DNA of 64,000 nt from Flaccisagitta enflata (GCA_965153355.1 OZ231126.1:31310001-31374000); one strand, 5' to 3'. Positions 27,605 to 41,229 are shown, numbered from the stretch's first letter. Translations and numbers: made by a program. Notes: generated by a model not told the origin, from the sequence alone.

Positions 27605-28917
27605 CAGATCTGGACCTTCAGATCCCAAATCAGGCCTTTCACACTGCAAATCAGACCTCCAAGACCCAAAATCAAGCCTCTTAGACCCAGAAGCCGGTCT
27701 TTTGGAGTAAAAAAAGTGACGCGGGGTCATAATCCTGTTGCAGATGGGTGGGCAGGGGCATCCACACCCCCCATCCACACTAGGGTGGTCCGGAATTGGG
27801 TCAAGTTTCATATTTTGATATACTTGAGCCCTTTGCACAAATGTCCAATAAAAGAAGGATTTAAGTTGGGGTGTGAAATCAAATAAGAAACCTTGTCAGC
27901 AAAACCATAAGCTTGCTAGGGGGATTTTTTTATGGCTATAGGAAGCCTATAGTTTTGCCACCATGGTTTTATCTTCAAATTCAGACCTCTACTTGTGGGA
28001 AAACCTTCTATTTTGGTACATTTATGCAAAAAACTAGCCCTTTTTTTGATTTTTTGCGCTTATGGGTAATTATCGCATTACTGCTGCCGCCCACCTGCAG
28101 AACGCAGCTTAGCATTTTTCTGAAAATAACATAAACATTGAAAGACAGTTGCTCCTAAACAAATTGAGCATATGTCCTCAATTTGAGCTAATTTTAAAGA
28201 GCACTGCACTATGTTCTTTAAAATGAGCACATGTTGAGGTCTTAAGCTCTGTTTGTTTAAGAGATACAAGCGCTTTAAGTTGCAAGGGTCTTTGCCATTT
28301 TTCTGAAAATAACAAATTGAGTGAATGACCTTAACTTGGGCTTATTTTGAGATTAAAAGGGATCTGTCTGTTCTTTATAATGAGCCCAAGATGAGTTCAT
28401 TTGCTCATTTTGTTGAGAAGATACAAACTCTCAAAGTAGTATGGGTCTTTGCCATTTTTCTGAAAATAACATCAACTTTGGAAGACTCTTGCTCCTAGAT
28501 GAATTGAGCAAATGATCTCAACTTGGGCTCATTTTAAAGAGTTTTGTCTGTTCGTTAAAATGAGCCCAAGTTGAGGTCATTTGCTCAATTCGTTCAGGAG
28601 ATATAAGCTTAAGAAGTTACCTTATCTTATGGAAATTGCTTCATGTGGCTTGTACTTACAACCCATAACAAATGGGGCGTTGCAGGGAAAGTTTGTTAGG
28701 GAATTTTTTTGCTCCTATTTTATCGGAAGTCTCCATGCTATAACTGAACACGGGGAAGCGGTTTTGAAAGGTGTCTTTGCCGCAAATCTTTTACCAGATG
28801 GAATTCACAGGGTGGTTCTTTTGTGAGTGCATCTCATGCTGTTTGGTTGACTGCCTGTCTGTTTTCATTATTCAATCTACAGGTGTCTATTCTTTCTCTC
28901 AGTCTTCCTCTGTCTTT

Positions 28918-29205
<288 letters not shown>

Positions 29206-29280
29206 CTGCATAGTATATCCTTTGGTAGCGACGGTAAAAAAAAACATTGTCCATTTTGGTCTCATTTCCTTTCCTAACAG

Positions 29281-29549
29281 CCTGCAAGTGGTTTTGCACA
29301 ATGACCATAAAAAGTGGCGTCATCGCAAAATTGACAAATATCAAGGATGCTTGTAAACCGTAGAGGCATAGGAAGTCTATACGAGCAATTATCCCAATGG
29401 TAGGAAGAACTGCGGGCGACCCACATACGCTCACGAAAGATTGGGGCGATGGTTTGATGTGGTGGCGGGATTGGGGCGATATCAACGCAATGAGGAACAA
29501 ATGCGTGGACGTTTTGGAGGAAGAACCAATCTGCACGGTTATTTTGTAG
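29281..29549 (+). pseudogene. Duplicated exon of unknown gene, copy 1 (in-frame TAG at 29361)
   Basis: Preceded by a 47-nt GT-AG intron (29234-29280); CKWFCTMTIKSGVIAK...DPHTLTKDWGDGLMWWRDWGDINAMRNKC; paralogous to 37395-38295. Confidence 0.55.
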
Positions 29550-29575
29550 GCGTTTTTGTTGAATTATACACACAC

Positions 29576-29650
<75 letters not shown>

Positions 29651-29653
<3 letters not shown>

Positions 29654-31086
29654 TACTCGAACTAGCAGTGGATTTGTTCTACTGCTAGCAGATAGCATTT
29701 TTGAAAATTTTCTGCTAGCAGAAAGTAGCAGTTATAAATATAGAAGTTTATAACCATGTCGGAAAACACCAACAGAGTAAACATGTGTAAAAGAGTAAAA
29801 TTCAACTATTTTTTTATTATACTTTGAACATTATATTGATTGAAGGATATATTTCATTTTATTGACAAAAAATCATCTGTGAATTCATCTAAAAATAGCT
29901 GAAATATAACACCAAAAGAGTCGCTCTTACTTTTATCATTCTTCATATAGCTAGATCTCGCTATTGGTGCAATTCAAGACTGATGTTAGTCATGAAAGAA
30001 ACTCATGATTGTAAAGACTAATAATGAATCAAGCATATATTTATTATTCAAAATAAAATGAAATAAATGTTTGTTTACTGATGATAAGTATTGAGTAGAT
30101 TTAGGCTAGAAATTGCTCCGCAATAAAGACAACGTATTTGATATGATCAATGTAAGTTTAACTGGCTATAGATATTCAGATTTTGATTCAAGCAATTCAA
30201 AGATAACTGAAAATTGGAAAATAATGAAATTATTTTTTATTCACACCCAAATTGCCACAACATCTGAGTAGCAATAGTTTTGGACTCTCTATGTATCAAA
30301 GTATAAAATGATAGGTAAGTTGATAGTTGTTTAGTAAGTCTATTTTGTTGATCCTAATGTTTAAAGATTAAATTCATTTATAGGGAAAGAGAGATAAATT
30401 TTTTTTTCCATATGAAATGAACAAATTACTAATTCATCAAATGATGTGACAATGATCTACTTATTCTCTTATGACGATTTAATGATGCTGCCCTGTACAA
30501 AATATTCTTTATGACGATACTCCCTCTATTTCACTCTCGATTGCGCTAAATGGTTAATCTTAATGCAAAAATGAGTTTAGGCTTTATTGTATTTACTTTC
30601 TTTAAAACAAGGCCAACACCTTACAGTCGTGTGCAGTTGTTCAGACTAAAATACCAAAAGACTAAAAGACTGGAAGACTAAAAGACTAATAGACTAAAAG
30701 ACTAAAAGACCAAAAGACTAAAAGACTAAATGTAATTTGTCTTGAAATAACTTGAAATAACTTAAGATACCGTAAAACGACAAAAAAAGCTAACAAAAGC
30801 AAAGTGTGACGGACCGACCGACAGACAGATGGACAGAGCTGGTTGTAGAGTCGCGTGCACGCGATTAACAATTCCCGAATGTAAGATTTTGGGTCTAGTT
30901 TTCTTTTAAAAAAGAAAATTTTTTGATGAAATTACTCTAATTTTTGCATAGAAATCATTAAAAAAAGACTTGAAATTTCTTTTGACTTTTGAAATTTCTG
31001 CTACTTTCTGCTAGCAGCAAAAAAATCTCTGCTAGCAGAGCAGTTGGGATTTCTGCTAGCAGCTCTGCTAGCTAGTTCGAGTACTA
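29651..31086. mobile_element. Non-autonomous hAT-like element inserted in (CA)n
   Basis: 16-bp perfect TIR TAGTACTCGAACTAGC; (CA)n on both flanks; subterminal CTGCTAGCAG palindromes; nested HINE at ~30605-30870. Confidence 0.85.
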
Positions 31087-31239
31087 CACACACACACCTT
31101 ATCTTAAACACAGGATTTTTATTTCTCCGTTATCCTCCTCAACTCAGAGAGGTTGGGAGTGGGTGTCGCCCTCACTTGCCTTCTTTTAACCAGATAGCCC
31201 TCGACCTCACTGAGACTCTTTTGCGGAGTGTTGCCACAC

Positions 31240-32329
31240 GGTCTAATATCCGCTAGCCCAAAACCCTTTGAAAAAAAAAAAATCAACCCATTTCCAAATT
31301 TTTGCATACTAGTCCTAAAAAAGGTGTAGATTAAGAATATCAACTTTATTTTACCCGATTGCGAGCCGAAAAAATTAGAAACACTTTTTTTGGCCAAAAA
31401 TGGTGGTTTTTTGAGATAAACAGCATGAAGATACATCTCTGAAGAGGTAACATGCCCTGGTATTGATAAATAATCATCTACTGAATATTTGTGAGAAATT
31501 TCACGAAATTTTGTCAACGTTAAGATGCCTAAAATGCATTATTAAACTCCAAAAATAAAAAAAATCAGCCTTGATGAAAAGATAATGTCTAAAAGAGCTC
31601 ATGGGATGTTAGAAATCATAAAAATATACTTCCCCACAAATTTTCAGGCATACCTGATGAATATTGGATAAATTATAACCAAAAAAACAAATTACGACAA
31701 TCTGCAAATGAGCTTTTGGGCGAAAATTGCTTAAATAAAGAAAAAGAAAGCTTGCTAGGTTTTAAGAAGGTTAACAGAGCTATAACCATCATATTTTGGC
31801 AAGAAACAGCGATTTTGTGGGTTTTTAGCAATTTTCGCCCAAAAGCTCATTTGCATATTTTCGTAATTTGATTTTTTGGTTATAATTCGTCCAATATTCA
31901 TCAGGTATGCCTGAAAATTTGTGGGGAAGTATATTTTCATGATTTCTAACATCCCATGAGCTCTTTTAGACATTATCTTTTCATCAAGGCTGTTTTTTTT
32001 TATTTTTGGAGTTTAAAAATTTTAGGCATCTTAACGTTGACAAAATTTTGTCAAATTTCTCACAAATATTCAGTAGATGATTATTTATCAATACCAGGGC
32101 ATGCTACCTCTTCAGAGATGTATCTTCATGCTGTTTTTTTAAAAAAACCACCATTTTTGGCCAAAAAAAGTGTTTCTAATTTTTTCGGCTCGCAATCGGG
32201 TAAGATAAAGTTGATATTCTTAATCTACACCTTTTTAGGACTAGTATGCAAAAATTTGGAGACGGTTTTTTTTTTTTTTTTTTTTCAGAACTCTTAAAAT
32301 TGAGCTTTTGGGCTAGCGGATATTAGACC
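31240..32329. mobile_element. Foldback element with ~500-bp highly similar inverted arms
   Basis: GGTCTAATATCCGCTAGCCCAAAA...TTTTGGGCTAGCGGATATTAGACC; the ORF track shows mirror-image ORFs (31119 minus, 31956 plus). Confidence 0.9.
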
Positions 32330-33598
32330 AATGGGAGCTCAGCAGTCAGGAAATGTAAGACTATATAGAGTATCACTTTCAAAAGAAAGAAAAATCCATT
32401 CATGGAACGCGGTTACAATGAACAAGGCCGGATACACGGCAATCCAGTTGCGGACGGTTGGGCAGGAGCAGGCATGCGAAAAACCGCTCGCAATTTTAGA
32501 AATATTTCGTACCGACCAACCGACATGGCAAGGTGTAGAGTCGCGTGTTCGCGACTAACAATTTAAGGAAAAATTCTAACTCGTAACCTGACCCTCATCC
32601 CAATCGTCAGTAGGTTATAGTAGCGATGCCAGCGATCCACCGAAGAGCGTACGACTTTTTCGTCTTTACATCTTGAATATGACAACAAGATATTTCTATG
32701 ATCCTATTATGCATCTAGGTTGGGAAAATTACCCGGAATATTGACCCCTTTCCATAGTTTTAGCCTAATATTGCAATAATTGATATTTTATTAGTCTCAA
32801 ATTAAAGCGCGTTTTGCCACCGCAGCTTAACAAAACGGCGTCATTTTTGTCACCACTTCTAGCGTGGCATACATAACGTTTTTGGTCATATCTCTTGAAT
32901 GATAGGATGAATTTACAAAATTCTTTTTGTTTTCGTTTATTAACATAAAGCTCGACGTCTGAGATGGTCAAAAGAGATTTTTGTCACTGAGAAAAAAGTC
33001 TGTGGGCCTCCCCAGTTATGCATCTGTCCAAATCGTATCTCATTTCCCAAATTCTAATCAAAACATTGCCCCAGCATTTTTATCCATACCGTCGTCCGAC
33101 AGGCTTTTTATGATACTTTCACTGAAATGATAAAATGGTACTTGACCGGTTTTATGTTTTTCTTTTCCTGTGTAAACAAACAAGCGTTTCGCTTCATCTA
33201 ATTTGTGAAGGCCTTTTCATTCACTTTTGGTCCTTTAGACTGTCTTTCTTTGTGTTTCTTACGTTTGCTAGCTAGTCGATGATAAGTATCTAATTAACAA
33301 CTTTATGCAAATGAGGTTTTTGCTCGTGGCCACAGCGAACATGAAACAGACGACTTTTTATTGCAAATACACTTGCTTTTGACCTTTAGTGCGACATCAA
33401 GCAAAAATCTCAATAAACCAGACGAATATGAAGGCAAATGATAATTCAATTCGATGGTGTTCAAATGTAGATGAACCACTTTTTTTCAACCCGTCTGTCT
33501 TTTTTTTTCATTCATTCATTTGTTTGTTCATCTGTTCATTCTTACGATCTCTCTCTCTCTCTGAAAGTTGAAACTATATTGCCCTTACAAAAGGACCA

Positions 33599-33857
33599 CC
33601 GTATTTCCTCTAGTTAGCGCCCCTCCTCTAATTAGCGCCCCCCCCTTTTGGGAAAAAAATCATATTTCCAATTTACTTCTACTACTGGATTTGTAGATCT
33701 TTTAGCTAAACGTTTATTTTGTATCTGTTTTATCCAATATTTACTGTTTTATTCTCTATTTCAATATTTCATTCTGAAGGGGGCGTTAAAGAGTAGAAGG
33801 GGCAATATCATTTCAGAATTTTGTAAGCGCCCCGGGCGCTAATTAGAGGAAATACGG
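33599..33857. mobile_element. pogo/Tigger-like MITE
   Basis: CCGTATTTCCTCTA(G/A)TTAGCGCCC TIR; TA on the right flank. Confidence 0.8.
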
Positions 33858-34594
33858 TATTTGAAAGGAAAACATTTTTAGTCGCGGACTCGCGACTCTT
33901 CACCCTGCTGTGTTGGTCGGTCGGTCCATTGGTCCTTCCATAACATTTCTGAATTGCAGGCGGTTTTTGCATTACTAGTTACTGTCCCTGCGCAACCGTC
34001 CGCGACTGTCCTGCCATGTATCCAGCCTTGCTTCCCAATGAAACAGTCAATGTTATTGGAAAGAGCATGAAAATAAGAAAAAAAATTTTTAAGATAGTAT
34101 CACTGAAATAATTTAAGTCTGCACCGCGCAACGGAGAAAATACCAATAGATAGTGTGAAATCATTTGGTTGCGAGAAAAGAAAACAAAAAATACGGCTGA
34201 AGAACGGGGGTGAAAAAAATGACCATAGCGACCATTTTGGTTTTACAAAACCGATTCGTGACAATCTGTGACGAGGAGAAAAAAAATTCTGAAAAGTGAT
34301 TCAAAAAGCTTTCGTAGGGGGACGTCCAGTGCACGATGCAAGAAATCGGGTCAACATTAGGGGAAGGTGTAAGAAGTAAAAGAAGGAAAGATTGAATTAA
34401 ATTCGATACTTCTCGACATCAAAAACCCTAAAAATCACACCATCTGAAAGAGCGCAAAAAGATCTCCTAGACCGTTATTTTGTTTTGAATCATTTCATGG
34501 TTTTGACCAATATTTCTGGCCTTTTCATACACTCAAAAAACCTCATTTTTTCGGGGCGAATATCAAACGCGGTTCCAATTACTTATAAAACCTA

Positions 34595-34898
34595 CCATTG
34601 GAGAAAATGTGATCATTTTCCTCATACATGAAGAATCCAAAATTTTGGGGTGATCGGATAAAGTTTACTCATAACCGCCACCCCACCCCCACCCCCCTCG
34701 GATAAAGTTTACTCATAACCGCCACCCCACCCCCACCCCACCCACCATGAAGTTTAGGAAGCATTGGAGGAGAAAATCTTTCCTGAACATTTCCTATGGA
34801 AAATAAGGGGGGTGGCGGTCATGAGTAAACTTTATCCGATTACCCCTAAACTTTGGAATTCTCATTCATGATGGAAATGGTCTCATTTTCTCCAATGG
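34595..34898. mobile_element. Inverted-repeat element with ~90-bp arms and an internal ~41-bp tandem duplication
   Basis: CCATTGGAGAAAATG...CATTTTCTCCAATGG. Confidence 0.6.
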
Positions 34899-34979
34899 CA
34901 ACATATATTTCAAAAATGACCCCACTTTAAGCAACTCTAATGAGCAAGCAGGGTAAAATGCGAGTGATTTGAAAGCTAG

Positions 34980-37215
34980 CATCATGAAGGGGATGATGTC
35001 CTGTAGAACACAGGGGGACTTTTGTTTGTTTGTCCGTCCGTCCATGCGTGCATGCGTCCCCCCCTGCCTTGAGACTCAAATCTCAGCCTCAGTGCTCAAA
35101 TCCCAGCCTCAAGGCTCAAATCCCAGCCCCGAGGCTCTAATCCCAGCCTCGAGGCTCAAGTCCCACCCTGCCTCGTGGCTCAAATCCCTGCCTCGAGGCT
35201 CAAATCCCAGTCTCGAGGCTCAAATCCCAGCCTTGAGGCTCAAATCCCAGCCCAGAGGCTCAAATCACATCCTTGAGACTAAAATGCAAGCCTTGAGGCT
35301 AAAATCCAAGCCTTGAGGCTAAAACCCTAGCCTCGAGGCTCAAATCCCAGCCTGGAGGCTCAAATCCAAGCCTCAAGGCTCAAATCCTATCCTCGAGGCT
35401 CAAATCCCAGCCTCAAGGCTCAAATTCCAGCCTCGAGTCTCAAATCCCACCCAGCCTCGAGGCTCAAATCCCAGCCTCGAGGCTCAAATCCCAGCCCCCT
35501 GGCTCAAATCACATCCTTGAGGCTAAAATCCTAGCCTCGAGGCTAAAATCCCAGCCTCAAGGCTCAAATCCCAGCATTGAGGCTCAAATCCCAGCCTCAA
35601 GGCTCAAATTCCAACCTTGAGGCTCAAATCCCATCCTTGAGGCTCAAATCCCAGCGTCAAGGTTCGAATCCCAGCTTCAAGGTTCAAATCCCAGCCTCAA
35701 GGTTTAAATCCCAGCCTCAAGGTTCAAATCCCAGCCTCAAGGTTCAAATCCCAGCCTCGAGGCTCAAATCTGCACACACGGATGGACGAATGATCGAACA
35801 AAAGTTGCCCTGTGTTCTACAGGACGTCGTCCCCTTTGGGGCCGCTGCCCTGCTACCCATCATCTACATACACAGCAGGGCAACGGGTATCGCTGGCCAC
35901 ATATTGCCCTTGGGCGACTGGTTTTCTTGTTACATAGGGCCCAAAATTAGGATCAATGAAAAGTATTGAGCTTTGGGCAAAATGCGGGAAAAAAAGAAAA
36001 GATTCAAAAAGTCGCAAAAGCGTTAGATGGTAAGCGGTACCCGTTGCCCCTATGTGAGTGTATGTGAATGTGTGATGGTGAGAGGGACAGCGGCCCCGAA
36101 GGAGCCAATGACCTATGCTCTGTATGTTTTGAGGCATGAGGCTTAGATTTGAGCATTGATGCTGGGATTTGACCCTGAAGACCAGAATTTGAGCTTTGAG
36201 GATGGGATTTGAGCCTTGCGGCTAGAATTTGAGCCTAAAAGCTGGGCATTGAGCCTCAAAGCTGGGAGTCATGTCTCCATGCTGGGAATGGAGCCTTGAG
36301 GCTGGGATTTGAACCTTGAGGCTGAGCCTCAACGCTGTCAATATAGCCTTAAGGCTGGGAACTGAGCCTCAAAGCTGGGATTTGAGCCTCAAGGCTGGGA
36401 TTGAAGCTTCAACGCTTGTATTTGAGCCTCCAGGCTGGGATTGAAGCCTCAATGCTGGGATTGAAACCTCAAGGCTGGGATTGAAGCCTCAAGGCTGGGA
36501 TTGAAGTCTCAAGGCTGGGATTTGAGCCTTAAAACTAGATTTTAGAGAGAGATTGGGATTTGACCCTCTAGGCTGGAAATTGACGCTCAAGACAGGGATT
36601 TGAGCCCAGTCGCTGGGGGGGGGGGACGGAGGAGGAGAAGGAGGAGAAGAAGGAAAAAATCCTGCATATGAGAAAGCATGGGTCATCGGCCCCAAAGGGG
36701 CCGCTGCCCAAAAGGGGAATTAGCTCTTTCACAGCTGTTAATTTCATGCGTAGAATGATTTGGCCCCAAAAACTCGCAAAAGCGTTAGATGGTCAGCGGT
36801 ACCCATGCCCTGCCTAAGTAGTTGAGGCTTGACGTTGAAGGGGAAGCAGGGCAGCGGCCCGAAGGGGTCAATGACCTATGCTTTCACACATATGGGGAAT
36901 TTTCCCCTCCTCCTCCTTCTCCTCCCCTGTTCCCCCCCTCAAAGCCCAGCCTCGAGGCCCAAATTCCAGTCACAAGGCCCAAATCCCAGCCTCAAGGCCC
37001 AAATCCTAGCCTCAAGGCCCCAATCCTAGCCTTGAGGCTGGGTCATTGCCCTCTAAGCAGGGATTTGGACCTCAAGGTTGAGATTTTGGCCTCAAGGCTG
37101 GAATCTAGGCCTTGAGGCTAGGATTTGGGCCTTGAGGCTGGGATTTGAGCCTTGAGGCTGGGATTTGAGGGGGGTATGAAGGAGGAGGAGGAGGAGGAGA
37201 AAATTCCTCACCTGT
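34980..37215. mobile_element. Second cluster of the same tandem-array HINE-like families
   Basis: Same terminal motifs and 20-bp arrays; further copies at ~24020-24490, 25545-26650, 38415-39795, 47610-47950 and 54780-55275. Confidence 0.7.
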
Positions 37216-37301
37216 GTGCTGCCCAAATAGGGAAATCCAAAAATCTCTGCAGGACTCAAAAAGCTCCAAATGAAAAAAAGAAAAAAAATTGATTGGCCCA
37301 G

Positions 37302-38295
37302 TATGTTCATACACACCCACACAACACTTCCTTTGGTTACAACGGTAAAAAAACATCACATTTTCCAATTTGGTCTTATTATTTCTCCTTACAGTCTGTA
37401 AGTGGTTTTGCACAGTGACAATAAAAAGTGGTGTCATCGCAAAATCGACTAATATCAAGGATTCTCAAAAACCATTAGGCAAAGGAAGTCAAAACGACAG
37501 ACAAGCAATCATCCCGATGGAAGGAAAAACTGCGAGCGACCCACACACGCTCACAAAAGATTGGGACGATGGCTCGATGTGGTGGTGGAATTGGGGCGAT
37601 ATCAACGCACACTGTGCTTTTAAAAGAATTTGGAGTGGAAAGTCATATAACAGTGGGTTTTTCTGCATATTTGTGTAGTATCAGGGTGTATGAGCATATA
37701 ATTAGCAAAAATAAAATCATTCACCGAGCGCTTTTTGAGCAATCTTCAAAATAGAGAAAAATTTGACCCATCTTTAATGCAGATTCTTGTGAGTTGTATT
37801 GATTCAATTTTTGATTCCATATTGTTATTCTATGCAAAATTCCCTTTCATTTGATAGGTCGCACTATATGGTTTGATACAGAAATAAAGTTCTTATATTT
37901 TGAGCCACCGTTATTTTTATGTAACGGTGACTCAAAACAAGAAAATTTTAATTCTTTGCAAAAGTATAGAGTGCGACCTATCAAATAAAAGGAAATTTTG
38001 CATAGATTACAAATATGGAATCAAAAATTGGGTCCACACACCCCAGTAGAATTTGCATTGAAAATGGGTCTAATTTTTTCTGATTTTAAGAATTTCTCAA
38101 AAAGCGCTCGGGGAATGATTTTGTTTTTACTAGCAATAAGTTATGGCACTCTAATACTACACATATCTGCGGAAAAACTCACTGTTATACAACTTTTCAC
38201 TCAGAATTGCTTTAAAAGCAGAGTGCGCAATGAGGAACAAATGCGTGGAGGAAAAACCAAGCTCGGTAATTGTGGATTCAAGAGTTGCGGATTGA
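37302..38295 (+). pseudogene. Duplicated exon of unknown gene, copy 2 (interrupted by the 37610-38225 element)
   Basis: YVHTHPHNTSFGYN, a 50-nt intron (37345-37394), then VCKWFCTVTIKSGVIAK...DPHTLTKDWDDGSMWWWNWGDINA[insertion]MRNKC. Confidence 0.55.
37610..38225. mobile_element. Foldback MITE, CAC...GTG ends, 4-bp TSD CGCA (Chapaev-like)
   Basis: ~300-bp inverted arms; the empty site is seen in the paralogous sequence near 29481-29495 (atcaacgcaatgagg). Confidence 0.85.
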
Positions 38296-38350
38296 CCGTT
38301 TATCTGTGTACATTTTTAGTCGCATGATATGTGACCTTGTCATACCGCGT

Positions 38351-40727
38351 ATCTTGTCTAGACTTGAGATAACGGGGCAAGCATTATGAAGAAACAGGCC
38401 GCTCAAGCGTCATTATGGTCAGCGGTTCCCGATGCCCCATTGATATCATTTAGTATTGTAGTGATGAGGTAGTGGGGCAGCGGCCCCGGAGGGGTCGATG
38501 ACCTATGATTCCACACAGGGCTATTTTTTTTTGGGAGGCATTTATGGTCTGATCGGGGGTGTGAGAGGTCTGATCTGGGGTGTGAGAGGCCTGATATAGG
38601 GTCTGAGAGGCCTGATAAGAGGTCTGGGAGGCCTGAGGTAAGGCCTAACTAGTCATCCAAGGATCGCACATGGTCAGCGGTACCCGATGCCCTGCTGGAA
38701 GTGATCCAGTGAAGAGGTGGAGTGAGAGCAGGGCAGCGGCCCCAAAGGGCCGATGTCCTGTAGAACACAGGGGGGAATTTCGAGATGTCCGTCCTTTTGT
38801 CTGGCCTGAGGAGGCATATTTCAGGCTTTATAGGGCTGATTTTCCCTTGGAAGGCATATTTGAGGGCTGGAGGGCAGAATTAAAGCTTGGAGAGCAGATT
38901 TGAGGTTTGGAGGGCTGATTGAAGGTTTGGAGGGCTGATTGAAGGTCTGGAGGGCAGATTTGAGGTCTGGAGGGTAGATTTAAGACATGGGGGAGGCTAA
39001 TTCTAAGCCAAGAGGGCGGATTTGAGGCCTAGAGGGCTAAATTGAGGTCTAGAGGGCTAAATTGAGGCCTGGGAGGGCTAAATTGAGGCCTGGGAGGGCT
39101 AATTTGAGGCCTGGAAGGGCTGATTTGAGGCCTGGAAGGGCTAATTTGAGGCCTGGAAGGGCTGATTTGAGGCCTTGATGGTCAACGGGGGGGGGGACGG
39201 AAGGACGGATGGAAGGACAGAAGGACGGAAGGACGGACGTCTCGAAATTCCCCCCTGTGTTCTACAGGACATCGGCCCTTTGGGGCCGCTGCCCAAAAAG
39301 CCTGAAAAGAGGTCTGAGAGGCCTGATTTGGGGTCTGAGAGGCCTGATTAGAGATCCCAGATGCCTGATTTGTAGTTTGAGAGGCCAGATTTGTGGTCTG
39401 AGAGGCCTGATTTGGGGTCTGAAAGGCCTGAAAAGAGGTTTGGAGGCCTGAATTGGGGCCTAAGAGGCCTGATAAGAGGTCTGAGAGGCCTGATTTGGGG
39501 TCTAAGAGGCCTGATTTAGGGTCTGAGAGGCCTGATTTGGGGTCTGAGAGGCCTGATAAGAGGTCCGGAGGCCTGAGTTGGGGCCTAAGAGGCCTGATAA
39601 GAGGTCTGAGAGGCCTGATTTAGGGTCTGAGAGGCCTGCTTTGAGGTCTGAGAGGCCTGATTTGGGGTCTGAGAGGCCTGATTTGAGGTCTCAGAGGCCT
39701 GCTCTGAGGTCTCAGAGGCCTGATTTGGGGCTTGGGGGGGGGGTGGACACTGACATCAGATCGGAAAAATTGCCCTCCCGGGCCGCTGCCCAAAAAACAA
39801 GGCTGGATACACGGCTACCTCAGTTGCGCGTGGGCAGGGGCTGTAATTGAGGTCACCAGATCATTTGGGCAGGAGCAGTGAGACCAAAAACCGCAAAACC
39901 CCCAAAAAAGTAAAGTGTGACGGACAGATGGATGGACAGACCAACCGACGGACCAACAGACCAACGGACGGACGGACAGTCCGACAAAGCGGGTTGTAGA
40001 GTCGCGTAGCATGCGACTAATTAAGCTAGGGGGCTGATATTTGAAATATACCATCTAGCTCATAAATATACGGATGTTTGAAAAGTAGCATCAACTTTAG
40101 AGAGATGCTGCCCTTAAACAAATTGAGTTACTGACGCCAGATTAGGCTCATTTCAAAAAGCTGTTTAAAAACTTTCAAATGCGACCAATCTGGGGTCAGT
40201 AACTTATTTTGCTTAGGCGCAGCATCTTTCTAAAGTTGATGCTCATTTTCAGGTGTCCGTATATTTATGAGCTAGGTAGTAAACTAGTGAAAGAATGATT
40301 TATTCCTTATGCTTATCGGTTGCCATGGAAACATATTTCCATGTATTTCTGCTATAATAGCCATATTTTGAGATATGTTAAGGGAATATTAGTTAAAATT
40401 AAATTTGCTTTAACTTTCCCACAATGTTTTGTAAGAATATTTTAGGCCGTTGCTACGGAGCATATCCATGTGAAAATGGCCAAATGAGCTACATTCTTAC
40501 AGAACATATAATGGGCAAGTTCAAATTCAATTTTTTGCAATGTTCCCTCAAAAAATTCTCAAAACATTGGTATTATTGTGGAAATGCATGGAAATGTGAT
40601 TCCATAACAACTAACCATCATGGGCAATAAATCATTCTTTTATAAGTGTATATTCCAAATATCAGTCCCCTTGCTTTATTTGTTTTTCCATAATGCTTGC
40701 CCCCGTTATCTCAAGTCTAGACAAGAT
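38351..40727. mobile_element. TIR element filled with nested insertions, including a double-hairpin element at ~40023-40676
   Basis: TIR ATCTTGTCTAGACTTGAGATAACGGGG(G)CAAGCATTATG; TSD not clear. Confidence 0.7.
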
Positions 40728-41229
40728 CTACCGTATCTCGCCATATTTCAAATAAACTAATTAAGTTCCTAGCTCGTTTAATAGCCCTCTCATTTAGGAT
40801 AAAACTGGTATATATATATAAGATTCTGTCTGTCCGTCCAACGGTCTTTTGGTGTGTTAGTGTGTTGGTGTGTTGGTCTGATATGTAACCCCGCGTTACT
40901 TGTTTTGTTTTGGAATTGCACTATTTTGAGTAAAGTATTGCCAAATTTGCTTTTGCAATGGCATACTCGTAGAAATGTAAAGGCTTCCACTTTGAAAGGC
41001 TCCCTCTGGTTTCTAAACCTTCTGAAAAACAGATCATGGCAAATGGATTCAATGGTCATTCTTAAACCCAACTGATACTATTCAAATGATCAAACTTATT
41101 AAAAATGACTCTAAAGTGTTTTTTTCTTCAAATGAATACAAGTTTTCCTTCGCACACGTATAACCACTATCTTGCTAATATGTATAACGACAAGCATTAT
41201 GGGGCATAACTACCAAAGCAATAATGCAA

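Larger units (their letters stand above)
23268..28814. mobile_element. 5.5-kb non-autonomous DNA transposon with ~720-bp TIRs, CAC...GTG ends and a 4-bp TSD (Chapaev/CMC-like), heavily nested
   Basis: GTTC|CACCCTGT...ACAGGGTG|GTTC; the arms 23268-~23990 and ~28105-28814 are diverged inverted copies. Confidence 0.75.

Noticed and set aside
34980..37215. Inverted segmental duplication of 9.3-11.2 kb
   Set aside because: Element order differs from that expected for an inversion and the unique flanks do not match.
37610..37650. RAG-type RSS (heptamer-like CACTGTG)
   Set aside because: There is no nonamer at 12/23 spacing, the TSD is 4 bp rather than 5 bp, and no RAG-like ORF is present.
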